A stretch of DNA of 64,000 bases. Origin: Ophelia neglecta (taxonomy: Eukaryota). Position numbers and translations under genes: made by a program. The stretch is taken from NCBI GenBank assembly GCA_965285935.1, contig OZ260661.1:96472001-96536000 (forward strand), read 5' to 3'. Shown piece after piece: positions 36,571 through 50,543 of the stretch (within the stretch, counting starts at the first letter, position 1; each line of letters opens with the position of its first letter). The notes under the pieces were generated by a model. The model was not told the DNA's origin and searched no databases. It saw only the letters and a list, made by a program, of their open reading frames with translations.

Positions 36571-39149
36571 CTGATGAAGTATGTGTTCCAGATGGCGTTT
36601 ATTTATAAAGTCTTCTTCCTGTTGACCTCTCTGACATTATACTGGGAACGCAAACGCCTGAGTTTTATGAAGCGATGTCATTCGAACGTTTCCTTTTATT
36701 TTTCTGCGATTTTTGTCGACATATGTATTCCAAATAATCTTTATATAGAATCTCGTGTGTACTGATTTAATAGGCTTCAAACAAGCATTTATCTTGTGAC
36801 TTGTGAGGACTGGAAAATCAAAACCTACACCGAATGAATTGTTTGATTGGTTTTATGACCATCTGTGATCGGTGAAAAATGTACGCCATTTAGGTAGATC
36901 TATAATGTTATTTATGGTATCTCTTGCTTTAATTATGTTTTCCATAAACTCTCTATGACTTTGGGACAATAAAGATATATATATATATATATATATATAT
37001 TCCTTGGTAATCAAAACTATACCCCCCCCCCCTCCCCTCCCCTCCACTCCAACTAAATGATAGCCTTTTCTTATATAAACAAGGAAAAACCAGGACGTCA
37101 TCAACCCATCAAGGAGAACAGTGGAATTGACGGCTTAATCATTGAAACTAAACAAAGAATTGCATTGGGAAATGCACTTCTGCTCGATTGAAATATCAAT
37201 CGAGGGAGTATAAAACCCTACAATTCGTGCAGATGGCTTATATAATGAACATCCACTGCTATCCACCTCAATTAATAATGCAACTTTCGCAAAATATGAT
37301 TTCGATGTAATCGTGATATTTAGATTCCAGTAGTTTTTTATAAAATGAATCGCGTTCTGGCAAACATGGTAATTCTGATAGTATTTTAAGAATGCTCTCG
37401 CAAGTAGGGAATTTCAGTTCATAATCGGGTTTTAGTTTACATACAGATTGCTTTCTCCCGGAGTTCTAGCCCGTGTGAATGCATGTAACTGAGATAACGC
37501 ATAATCTAATTTGTAAACACAATGTTATATACTCTGGTATAGCGCTGACTCGCATTTCGTAGCCTATAATAGAACATGCTGGCAGAATAATTCAAAACAC
37601 TTGACATGTTTTCGATAATGTAATTATAGAATATTATTTGTTTCCCCTAAATACCCGAGATAATGGTGTCAAACATTTGAGTCCAAACCTTAACAGCTAG
37701 ATTTGCCCTATATTCTGCCACTGATGGCGTAAGCTTGCATGTTTAAATCGTCACAAAAATGTTAACAATTAATGAAGAATATGCAACAAATTGTACACAC
37801 GAAGCTCTTAATGTTCACGAATTAATAAAGTTTTCACTTTATACGGTTAATAGTAGTTTTCCCTTGTTTATAAATACTTTATTATTTGAGTTAGCTCGCT
37901 GAGGTAAATAGGAACAGAAAGATAAGATAGAATGTATTAGACATGTTTAAGTTTAACTTCCTTTCAACACATAGGGTCTATATATGCGGATACTAGAGTT
38001 AAACTTGAGCGAACGAGGCTGGAACTTTTACTGGCGAGGCACGACGTTGAATTGTACCACGGGGGCCATGGCAGAGACCGGGGAAATGTCATGTTTTGAC
38101 ACAATTAAGGCACATGAGGAAGCTCTCATCATTTGTTTTATCATCGGGGACGCTTGTATGTCCACATTAGTTGATTTTACTAAAAGTTTTAGTATATCGA
38201 CGTCAATTGGGTGTGCTTATCATTATTATCAACGAGGACAATGATGCAGTGAGTGACTTTTAATTTTACAGGGACGATTGGAAATGAGATCGATCAAATT
38301 AGCTGAATTAATAGGCCCACATTATGAAAATCAAGCAGAATATATTTTAGGTTAGAGGCTGGATTTAGCTGGTGTTCAGGAAAGGAAAGCGATGGGCCAG
38401 AAGCGAGTTTAAGACCTATCAGAATAGCAGTAAATCCCCTTACTGTAGTAAATTCCTTATTGTCTGCTTATCACGAGCCAAAACGTGCGTTGTACATGGT
38501 CATCTGTCGTTATAACGGGTACTGAGTATTCATCTACTGGGAAGTGATAGGATGAAGCAAAAGTGACATTTCTGAATAACATGACTATTTTAGCATATAT
38601 TAGCCTGTATGATTGCCAAATTAGCATTTCACTTTAACGAAACGACGGAATGATTAATTTCGTTACAATTAAACCGCTTCCTCCATCCAGCGTAACTTAC
38701 AAGCCCAAGGCTATATTAGCCTGTCAGAAATAACAGACCTGTGAAAAATGTCGCTTTTTAACAAAAGGCGTACGATACCTTTTTTCGTTGCGTCCAGTGT
38801 CTCCTGCCACCCGTACAAGCCCACAGATTAACCTTCTCTGGCTTGTGGTTAAGCCTTATTCCTCATCTGTATTAATTGTTCAATTCTGAATACCGGTAGT
38901 CCACAAATCTATGGATGGCCAGGCACCTTGGAACTTCCACACGTGGACAATATATACCCTGACAAGATGACTTGATACTTAACAAGTCAATGATTTGATC
39001 ACATCTCTCATCCTGTTTCATGAGATTTGGAGCCGGCTAAGCACCACACCTAAGCGTAATGTTGTGTCACGGTTTCGAAAAGCCATATTGATAGCTTTGT
39101 CTAATATCGACAATACAGCCCTTGTCCAAAACAGTGCCCTGGTTGAGGT

Positions 39150-39930
39150 GAAATGTGATCAGTAGCACACTGGGACCCGTTGATGTGAGGAACAGACAGC
39201 CTATGGAACCCAAGTGATATCCGTGTAGTGCCTTCTGGGTTTTGTGTGTATGCAACTTTATTATTTTGCCCACGCATTATATGCTATACGCCCTTAGAGT
39301 ATATAAAAAGCAACATCCGTGATTTATGATATCTCGAGGTCGTTTCCTCACTGGGGTACACCTCGTACTGGCGCAGTTGAGGAGACACCGAGACTTAAAC
39401 GATAGAATACGCCGAGGTGGTCCTGCAAATAATGGTTTTTTCGGTGTTATTTACCATGTCTGGTACTTTTTCCAATTGTGGCGAAAGTGTGACTGTCTCA
39501 GCAGGAAGAAAAGTTAAAATAAAAGATAACAAACTTTCCGGGCAAATTTTGCCTTTTGAATAAATTCCTGGCTCCTTATTGGTGCTGATTTCACGTTGTC
39601 CGGCTACATAAAAGACAGATGTAGGTGTTCTCCATATAATGTATACTCAAAACTATGCATAAGGCAACTCCGAACTTTAAGTTTCGATTCCCATATGGAC
39701 ACACCAGGACCCTTCATCAGTAGCTATCTATTCAATCGGGCCCATGCCGAGATTTCATTCTTTTCAGCTGTGACACATTATTCAGATATAACAGCCATTG
39801 TCAAACCTGTCACAGAAGACACAAATAAAAGAGCATCGCTGGTGAACCATGATAACGGACTCAAAGACAGCCAAGAATTCTCAGGTGTATGATAGCATCA
39901 TACATAAAGTCAATGCCAATCTGAATGAGA
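39150..39930 (+). mobile_element. Probable highly decayed Ty3/Gypsy integrase remnant
   Basis: ORF 39596-39892 contains HMDTPGPF..YLF...LVNHDNGLKDSQEFS, resembling the integrase core H.D..GPF ... LVSDNGPQF.S.EF. No LTRs were found. Confidence 0.4.
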
Positions 39931-41139
39931 GACCATACGACTAGCATGACAAGGGTACATTGGTGCCGTCCAGCCGGGACAGTAGGTCCCCCGCCGGACT
40001 ACCAGCTACCATATCTAGGCATAAAAAGGGCTAGTCAATTATACCCCTACCCCCCCCCCCCCCCGTCCCAACCCCACCCCAAAAGTATTCCAAAAAGGAG
40101 GAACTATATATCTAGAAAGCTTAAGTACTTGAATTAAAAAAGGTTTTAATCTGTTGCCATTCTATTTCTAGGCAAAATGGTTCGTATTTTCAACGCATAC
40201 GAGACATGTCGGTTTAACTTTCATAACGGTTAACTCGTTTGATGCCCTATTTCAGTATGAAGATATTCTGCTATCATGTTTAAAATTTATTAAAAACATT
40301 GGCTAGAAATGTGTCTGTTAGTTAATGAGTACATATTTTTGGGAGTGCATTTTAGGCTACTCGGTTCACTTTCACTGGCAATATTTATTATCAAAGAATA
40401 CAGGTTGAAGTATAGTGAATGAAATACACGTTACAGACTCTTTTTGGGGGGTTATTTTTGACAGGACTTTATTTGTTATCGGATTTCTTAATGTTAGGAT
40501 TGTTGACTGTTCACCAAGCATTATATAAAATCTCTCTTTAGTGCAACATACAATCCAGGTTAGAAGTATCGTCTTGCAGTATATATATTAAGGTGCATCA
40601 CATGCCGACTAAAAGTTTTGGATTATGACAGATATATCTTTAACAGATGTTTTTTTTTATAAATTTTATTTCAACTTATTGCATTAAAACCAATTAGACA
40701 TCAAAACAGTCATTTTATTGCACGTGTCATCGTCACATTAAGTTTACTGTGCTGGAAATGATTAAACCATTAATTATTGAGTTTTTTTACTGTAAAGTAA
40801 AAAGTGACCACGTGATATTTATTTTACAATTTCTTTCTATCAGGAAATTTGTTTCCCGCAAAATAATAACTTAGGACTTTGGACATTTGGCCACCGATCT
40901 AAGATAAATTTGGGTAGTTTTCACTTGATACCCAAAGCATTGGGGGGAAAGCGTTCAAGGTATGTAATCTATTAAAATTAATCCATTTTGTAAAAGGCGC
41001 TTTATTGAATTGTTTTTTTAATGGAAACAAGTAGTGAAACATACATTTTACTGTTGTTAGTTAACTTGAAACGTGTTTAATCTTTATACGCTGAATGGGG
41101 TAAATTCGGTCAGTTTATTTGTAAATTCGGTCATTATTC

Positions 41140-41372
41140 ATCTTTCATTTATCGCCATTCATTATGGTTCATCGCTATTCATCGCAGTTCGTTGCCACTC
41201 ATCGTGGTTTCATTGTGTTTCATGGATATTCATCCAGGTTCATCGCTGTTCTCTATGGTTCTTTATTGTTCATAGGCGTTCACTGTGGTTCATCATGACT
41301 AGTGATGCTTTATTGACATTCATTGTGGTTAAGTATCGCTACATATACTATTGGCCGCAGTGGTTCAATATA
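41140..41372. repeat. Degenerate 10-bp tandem repeat (consensus about GTTCATCGTG)
   Basis: TCATCG/TCATTG motifs recur at 10-nt periodicity. Confidence 0.75.
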
Positions 41373-41774
41373 ATTATATGTTTTATATACGTCACTGCAT
41401 GAGTAATCTAAACGTCGCAAACTAACGAAAATTCAACTAAATATAGCATGTTTTGTAAAGTTAAAGTGAGCTGTGCGGGATACGTTTCGACACAACGTAG
41501 AATATCGCCACGTCGTTGAGTAAATACAAATCCCAAAATAACCAAATGCTATTTTCGGAAGTTAGTACCGTCAATCTGTCCAATTATTTCCAAGGGAATG
41601 GCGACACACGGAACACTATTGACTTGTAGACCAGGTAAAGCAGGTGTTGGGGAGGCACTCCTTACGTGATGATCAGGAAGCACCAAAGAATAGGTCAAGC
41701 TACCAGCCATCAAAAGATTCCCCACATGTATGACTTCTGAATAGTGTTTAACACATTTGAAATGCCCACTATAA

Positions 41775-42500
41775 GCCAATGCGCCATACAGGTGCTTTGA
41801 AAACTCGGATCATATGATTTAACCTTCAAGCAGAGGTCAAGGTCAGGCTTATGGCATGACTTTCTGTTTTTCTAGTTTTTAATATATTTGGTATGCATAT
41901 CTTGCACCAATAAGCCATACTAGGGATTTGAATTCGGATCACATGAGTTGACCTTCAAGCAGAGATTAAGGTCAAGTTCAAACCTTCATAATGTGCCTCA
42001 TGTGAAAAAGAATGAATTCTCGGCATGGGCCCGATAGATGCTATCAAGATATCCCCTGTAGGTGACTTCCTATTAGTGATCAATACATTTTAAACCTTAA
42101 ATTTAGGCTTCGAATTTAGCTGAAATAATTAATTAAATCAACTGCAATTCTCGGCAATCTTATTTTCCCACCTGGCCCATAAACTAATCGGCTGGCCCAA
42201 AAACTAATCAAGTTCCAAAAGTATCCTAACTTTGGTTCAACAGTTATTACGGCCACGAACAATGATAACCAACACACCGCAGCGGGCATCTTATTTTCCA
42301 ATCGATCTTAATATCATCTGTGTTGATGCCCACATTTGTAAAACGATCCCATGAAGTTACAAAGAAATTACACGAACCGATGTAGGAACCGGAACTCCGG
42401 TAGAACCTTTTTCGCTGGACACCGGAAGCCGGACATCGAGAGCCGGACGGACGGACGACCCGACCACATAATGCCTCCTTTGCTGATGCATAATAGAGAT
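41775..42500 (+). mobile_element. Helentron/DINE-like non-autonomous element remnant
   Basis: Duplicated ACCTTCAAGCAGAG..AAGGTCA units near 41822 and 41951, a GGAC microsatellite near 42446-42460, then ATAATGCC..GCATAAT. Confidence 0.5.
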
Positions 42501-45500
42501 TAATACGATTGTAGGGTCGTAAGTTTCACCCAATCCCCGACAAGGAAAAGGCACCTTGCATATACTTTGTAGTAAACTTAACTAAATCAGATATCGTGCG
42601 CGAACTATAAACGGATTCATCCTATATATAGTGACATCAATTTAAAACCATGTAAATGCTTAAATGCCTTTTAACTTCCTTATAGGCCTACAAGATCGAG
42701 TTCCGGACATCTGAAAAAAGTATGAATACTGTTGGCAAATGACGTCTTGTCCTACATGATCATCTAAAACTTATGGAGCAAAACAATCATGCCACATTGA
42801 TTTGGTTCCTTAAATATGATTTATGCTTTATCTCTGATTACAAACCAAGATCTCTGGAGTTCATCTTACGGGTAGACCCCTTCGCTTACCGGTTCTCTGA
42901 TTACCTTTTGCCGTAAAAACGTACTAACAGCTTTATATGCAACCTTCAGCACGTGAAATTGAACAATGAACAATCAAAGTTGGTTTCCCTTAAGTATAAA
43001 TGATGGTGCATACATAAATAGGACGCATTCATTGCATAGCAATAAATGAAAATGATTTAGAAGATTGTTCAATTTTTTCCCATTTTGGACGTTACACATG
43101 GAACCGCTAGGGAATTTACACAAGCAATGTAAAGTAATATGTAGGCCTACATATTGAGACGTTACTGTCATAGGCCTATTATAACCTATTGGCCTATAAT
43201 GTGTTTTAAAGCCCAAATTGTCTTAGCGGTGCCGCATAATGATGTTATTCAAAGTGTACTGATATTCATCACTCCTCCCAGGATTTGACAATTTGGCCCA
43301 AGCATATATCCTGTTTCCCGATTTATGTATATTTTCTATATTTGGGATGTCAGTTGTATTGGCATAGTCTATAATCAGACCAGTTTCATGGATAAATTAA
43401 ATTTGGTTCATAGGCAGAGCACCCTGCAATGGCGAGGACATGTACCTCGTGGAAGGGCTTCATTCCATTCCCATTCCATGCACAAATATTTATGAATTCT
43501 GCAGAATTCATGGAGAACATATGGTCGACCACTCATATTGTATATACCAAAACAAATTTTCTAAGAAACTAACCTACTCGGGGCACACGTCGCAGCAAAG
43601 AAACAGTACATTGTTTCATGCAAGTTTGATTAAAATCAGAAATAAATAAGCTATTTTTGTGGGGACGTGCCTATAATAAATGCTGGATCAGAACTAAGGA
43701 AGTACCGTATGTGCTAAAATAAACTTCGGGTCTATAATAAACGCTGGTCTATGAAAAACGCTGGATCTATGGGATCCACGAAATTGCTAAACGCTCGGCC
43801 TTCATTTAAGCGCCTGCGGTACGTCGGCAATGATGTCAAACAAGAGCAGTTAATTGGTTTGGTGGAATCGTATATAGGTACTAGGGACAAATAGTGGCCT
43901 TGATTAATTTTCAACTAATGTTGTATGAATATTTTTTTTTTAATATTTGGCATCTACAGTTGGTTTTAATAAACCAAATTTTCTTCCTTGGCCTATTGTT
44001 TCATTGGTTGAATACAGGACGTAGGCCTATACATATTCTGAGTATTTCTTGATATTTAACAGATAATGCCTTTTGCCGGACTGTCCGCTGCACTACAGTG
44101 ACTACCTTTAGCTGTCCTGGTCAAAATCTCCTTTACGCCGACAACATTGAAATCAGTTCTGAATGCATCCTTGAGCAGCCTAATTTAAATTCAAATCAAG
44201 GCTAGTGTACCGGGTTTACTGGCTGGAAATGAGATTTAATTGTACATCTTTAATATTTGAAATAAATAAATTACTCTAGGTCACCTCCAATGACCATCGA
44301 TTCTGATTTCGCCTTTAGCCCTAGCCTACATTATGTGAGCTGGTGCACTCTGTAGAGCGGCTCATTTACATAAAGTAAGCAAAAATGTGTTGAGCAATTA
44401 CCCAGCAATAACCCAGTCACATGACTAAGGAATACCCTTACAGGCAGTAGTTATCAATGGTTTACCAGGCACTTACTTTTCGTTATTTCCCGTACAGTGT
44501 ACGCTCCTATACTGCGTGGTTCAAACAACATATAGGCCTTATCGCAGAACACGAATTGGAGCACGCGTGCCGGGAACGCGTGATAGCATATTGCATCATG
44601 CTATTTCCACCATACATGCAGTCTACACAGAGACGCAGATGTCTGACTGGCGATTAAGTCACGAATACATAGCGCGGAAATGGGATTGCATATCAAATAT
44701 TTGCACTTCATTCTGGAGCAATAAAGGCGTAACTCCGTCGAGTATAGATCAAAGCTAGATCAAAATTATTACCCTGAAAAGAGGAAAAAATCCAAATATA
44801 GTTGTAGACAAGGCACTCAAACAATGACAACAATGACCGAGATGGGCCAGTAATTCTGTCAACGGAAAAATTCCTGATCCACTTTCGGCCGGCCTCACTA
44901 AGATGTCCCGACGGCACCACGTGATTCTTCTGGTAACGTCACGGTGATTACACGATTAGCCTCTAGTATTAAGTATTTAAGGGGCCGGGTTGAGTACAAT
45001 GCTTCTTTCAAGCACGTAGCATCAGTTTACGACTGGTAATTATGTCAGCTGAGCTACCGTAAAGTTATGCTTACTTAGAGATGATTTATTATGATCATAT
45101 CCCTCAGCATATAAGACGCTCCCCAATATTGAGGCGTTAATCTAAAACATGCCTCGTGTTTGGCAAGGATTAGTATTGTCTGCCACGCACAACATTCGGC
45201 CAGTCCTGACTTTTGGCATTTCTCTTAAAAATCGTTATTTCAAATCCTAAATTGGATGGAGTTTCGGAAAATTGGAGAGTTGAGCATTTTACTTAATTCG
45301 GTCTAATTGATGACAATATTTTGCAATCCCTGGCTACAAAGACCAAAACATGCAAAAAACACAATCACATTTAACTTAAACCAGTTAAAGTTGGGTTGAC
45401 TTAGTACCTATTTCATCGACCGAAGATTAGACCCTCCAGGTACACACTTTCCCAGGCCTGTCTCTTTGGTCAGCGACCTTTTGGTGCATGAGTATAGCTA

Positions 45501-47252
45501 AATATAGGCGCAAGTTGACATGTCCACATATATATAATATATATGAAATAAGAGGTTAATTATTCCTGGGCTTTACCTTAGTTTTGTATTTTAAAAATTT
45601 GATCTCTGTTGCTGTGTATCCTCTTCTTGATTTCAATTTACATGTATTGTGTTTTTGTCTGTATGTATATTTCTTTTTTTGCTGTTTGTGCATAAGTTAA
45701 TTGTTAACGAATAACCACGGTCATCATAATTATTGATTATTTTGCCATTGTTCGTGTTGTACTCTATGCTCCATGTAAGATTAAAAATAAATCGTAAAAA
45801 TTTAACATTTTAGGATTTAAGTCATATTCAAAACATTCATTCAGCTTCAGCTTCAAGTCATATTTTTTCTAGAAGGCAAATATCAGTCTAATTATTGGTA
45901 AATAAAACTCACACTACGATGACCCAATCGCTTGCAAGCTTTACGCGGTTCTAAAAAGCCTGTCTCACCCTAGTGTACAGCAAATCTGCCTCACCCCTCT
46001 CAGCAACTCGTAAAAAAAGGTGCCCCCCCCCCCCCCCCGTCTTGTGCGAAAAAGGACAATAAAAATTAAATACTGCCTCAGCCCCTTTTTCAGAATCAAA
46101 TATAAGTGCGTATGAATGGCATCGAATCATAGCCAAAGACTTCAAAATATAGTTATGTATATACATTTATGAGTTTGTGTTAATAATTACGTGAAACTGA
46201 TTATATTTACATTATAGTGAAAAAAAATGCCAAATACAATTATGAATTGTTCATAAAACTCGTTTTCATAGAGGCTTGGTGCCTTGTAGTAGCATTGTGT
46301 ATTTATATTAACATTATGAAATATGTTCGAATACTTTACTCAATTATTCTTAAAAGTTCAACATTGATGGATAGAAATAATAGTGGAAGATACTGGCCTT
46401 TTGAATGAATGTAGATAAACAGATCTCTTTCCTTCATAAACTGTTTCGCCAATATCAGAACTTTCTCGTGCAGGCCGAGAGGAGACACACGAGTGACACG
46501 CCTCCTTATCAACTATGGAGGGAGCACTTTGCGGAGAGAAAGACATCAAGTTCTGTTTAGCTGACCGCCTCTCGCTTGTCTCCACTTGCGCTCCCTGTTG
46601 TGCTCCAGCTTGAAGTGTGTCGGTAATGCAGTTACAATGAAGGAGGCGCGTGGTCAACCAATCAAAATATGGCATTTGTGCTTAATTACATGAACAGGAA
46701 ATTAAAAGATTCCTTCGTTTGGGCAACACGTCTAGCAGAAGCAGTTATGAGCACTTTGACACATTTTCGGTCTTGTGTATAATGTGTAAATTTAGCTCGA
46801 TTGTGTAGAGGTTTCGACCTTTATTTCTGCGACGGTCTCTCAGTATGACCTACAAGCAAGAGTCTCACCTGTGATTGAAAGGTAATTATATTCCTGCGAG
46901 ACACAAGTCTAAATAATTTTCCCGAAACCTCTGAAAAGGAACTTCTTGATGAAGAATGAAAAGTATCTAGGGCAGACTGTTAAACCTGATACAAAATATC
47001 TAAATGGACAAGTTTTGAGTAACGAGTTAGGGCGAAGCGTGGAATGTGTCAGTAAGGTTGTTAGCAAGAACCTACCCCTAACCCTGTCTCAAACCACTGA
47101 ATCTGAATTAAATTTTTTCGTATCTGTGTATCTCGTTTATTCCCTGTATGTCTATCAGATTTTTCAGTACCCTGAAATGCAGTTCTAAAGTGAATTGCAA
47201 GGCAACGTGGTGGCCAGTTTAACAGGGGATGTGCCATCATATTCTGCAATTA

Positions 47253-47420
47253 CAGTGAAAGACCACCTCTGTAATCAGACCACCTGTCTATTCAGACCAC
47301 CAATATGAGGATGTTGCTGTATACGCTCAATATTAAAAAAACCTGTCTAAACAGACCATCTCCAAAATCAGACCAGTATTCTCCAGTCCCTTTGGTGGTC
47401 TTAATTTACAGGTTTCACTG
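47253..47420. mobile_element. Tc1/mariner-type MITE
   Basis: TA|CAGTGAAA ... TTTCACTG|TA ends with internal GACCACC repeats. Confidence 0.8.
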
Positions 47421-47712
47421 TACATGTATAATTTTCTAAACTTGTCATTGTTTATTCTTATAGAACATTGACAGCAAGCCACTGTGCTTGGTGCGAAGTA
47501 GCGCTTTGCTAAAATTATCCTAAGAAGGCGTTGTGCTTTTTAATTTCCCAAACACAATTTCCATAGATGAAATACCTACACTCTCATATTACACATGTCA
47601 CATAGCTCAGAATGTAAAACTTGTTACGCCTACTATTTATTTCATTGACCCAGGCTATATATATTCATTTTTCAACAAAATTTTGTTCTAGTAAAGTGTT
47701 GTCCATTACATA

Positions 47713-47890
47713 CAGTTAAACCTGTGAATTAAGACCACCCAAGGGACAGGAAAATACTGGTCTGATTATGGAGGTGGTCTGTTTAGACAGGTTATTTTAC
47801 ATTGAAAATATGCAGTATGGTCTTCAAATAAGTAGTCTGAATTGCCAGGTGGTCTAAATATAGAGCTGGTTTTTAAGGCAGGTTTCACTG
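47713..47890. mobile_element. Tc1/mariner-type MITE, inverted relative to the 47253 copy
   Basis: TA|CAGTTAAACCTG ... CAGGTTTCACTG|TA. The interior is a reverse-complement match to 47253-47420. Confidence 0.8.
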
Positions 47891-48089
47891 TATTTATAAA
47901 TAGATCTACTCTTGTGACTCAAAAATTACAATATAAGTGTTCTATGTTTTCAGTTTCTTTATTACAAAAATTCACAAATACCACTTTCTATGAGATTCCA
48001 CAACTCTAATTTTCTCCGCAGTAAAAACCATTATTTGTCACTTTCTAAATAAATTTGTTTACCTTTAAATTTAGGTTTGATTTAGTAAT

Positions 48090-49000
48090 TGTTCCCCAAA
48101 AATGCATGTGATAACTTAAGGGCTTTCTCAATTCCATTTTTAGCGTCAAATAATTTACATACTTGTCAACATATTATCGAAAGCTGTCTATCTACACGTA
48201 AACAATACTTATTTTTTATCAAAGCTTCCTCCCTCATTCAACCCATTCAATGGAGCTATTTTGCGACCTTTCCTATTTCTCATATAAGTCTACGATCTCT
48301 GCCATTTACAGAAACGGCTCAAACAATATTGTTTGCTGATGATATTAGCATTGTATTTACTATTAAGGAAACTAATTATCTTAACACTATTAACACTATT
48401 AAAACGACCAAATATTTGATATTTCATATCCCTGATTAACTTCAAACGTATATCCACTGTAGCCTTGATGTAGCATTAGATTGAAAAAAAAAGAGCAAGT
48501 CTGTATTCTAATTTAAATTCTTAGATACCTAGGTTTTGACGAGCACCTAAATTGGCAGACAAAATCATATATATACTTTTATTCCTCCATTTGCTGAAGA
48601 GTACAATAAATATGAGAGAAAATCAAGTTATTTGGTAAACAAGTCTGAACAAATTCCACCATTACCAAATAGATCTATATATAAATCCAATAGCATTTTA
48701 TATAACTGTTGTCAACTATATAGATATATTTACTGGCGTGTCATGTGAAAATAAAAGAATATTATAATGAAAATAAATATGAAAATAAATATAAATATAA
48801 ATACGACAATGTAATTAATCGTTTTAAACTGATTTAGTTACTAGATTTAGTTAACTCCATGCGATAGACTTGCATAATTCACAGTTCTAAATGTGCATTC
48901 CTACTCAATGCCAGGCAATAATGCATTCCCTTTCAAACGCGTATACATAAAATGCCATGTATACAGTGTATAAAAACTCATTTATAGTGGTTTAATTTAA
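48090..49000 (+). mobile_element. Decayed non-LTR retrotransposon RT 3' part (CR1/L2-like)
   Basis: ILFADD (catalytic YADD equivalent) at about 48326-48343 and FDEHLNWQ at about 48535-48558, disrupted by stops. Boundaries are approximate. Confidence 0.6.
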
Positions 49001-50543
49001 TCACAGCCCACATATGGGCTACCTCACCAATATGATACAAGAAAAAGGAATCTTATTAAGCTAGAAATTAATAAAGACAAACGCTTTTTTTATGCAAAAA
49101 TATACAAAGGGAGGATGCCTTAATTGGAAAGACCAGTTTTTTTTTTCTCCGAAAATCTTCCAATCCCTCCCCCCCCCCCCCCCCCCAATTTAGCAAATAC
49201 TGCATTATTGTATTGTATATCTTTATTTACGGAAATTGATATAAAATTAAATCAATGAATCAATCAAATTCTATTGAACTGAGATATAGGGACTTTAAGT
49301 TCTACATTTCATTCAATCAAACTCTAATCGCATTCTATTATAAATGAAACAAAAGTAAACACTTTTTATGGTGTTATTTATTTTTCGAAAAACATATATA
49401 GGTCAATCACAAAACATTCTACGACTTAAAAAAGTAACAGAAGAACAAAAAACTAAAATATATCATTCTCAATTTCAATAGGTCTTATGTTTATTAAAGA
49501 TAATCAAACAACACCACTTTGTTCCGCTATGTTATATAAGATCCTGGCTGTTTTAGGAACTGGGGAAATTCCAAATATTCGTTTCCGTTGAGGTACTTAT
49601 TCAATAAATGTGATTGTGCATACATCTGGAATGAAAATACGAACACAATATTATAATTGATTAGAAATGATGAAATGTAACTCGTATAATGATCAATAAA
49701 GGTCCTTAAATATATATTGCATACAAACATATACATCCTTGTAGACAAAATACGTTGCGATTGTATCTGCGTATGGCCTAATAACTAGCGAGAATGCTGT
49801 GGTAATATGGGTTATCAAGAAAATGGATAACAAATAAAGAAGCCCCCCACCCCCACCACCCCACCCAAACCACTCACTCATTCCCACACAAACACATGAC
49901 AATTTCTTTTTTTTAAATCCCTTATGGCTATGTAATTTTGTTCGAAAGAAGGGAGGGGCTTTTGTACCTACAGCTTCATCCAAAATTCTGCTCACCAAGC
50001 TCTAGATCTAATTACTTATAATTAACGAATGCTACCGTAGCCAACTTTTACAATTACAAGTCCATAGGCTGAAACCAAAAAATATAGTTATTTTATTTGT
50101 ATTTAATATTTTAGCATACTGATATTGTGGTGTTGTATGTAACTCGAGTGTTATAACTGTTTAAATATATTACCAAACATGAGCGAAATGCATGTATATC
50201 TTACTATGGTTAATCGGTATTGTATGTGAACGTTCGTGTGCCTATGGCCCCAAATAGTCTTTTCCGTATAGCTTCAAATGGATAGGCCTATGATTAATCA
50301 TACTGTACCTTGAAATGTAGGATACCATAAGATTGTAGCGATATGTCCAGCAAACCTTTCGACAACATTTTTTATACCTTTTTGCAATGAAGTATGTACT
50401 CTGATTGGGAGGCTGAGGCGAGTAGGCGGTGTTGCATTTTTTTCCAATGTGAGAGTAGGCGAGAAACAATAAATTTATAGGTAGGCGACGGGACAGACAA
50501 TTAAGCGCCGTATAGGAGCCTCAGACCGATTTTTCATACTCTA

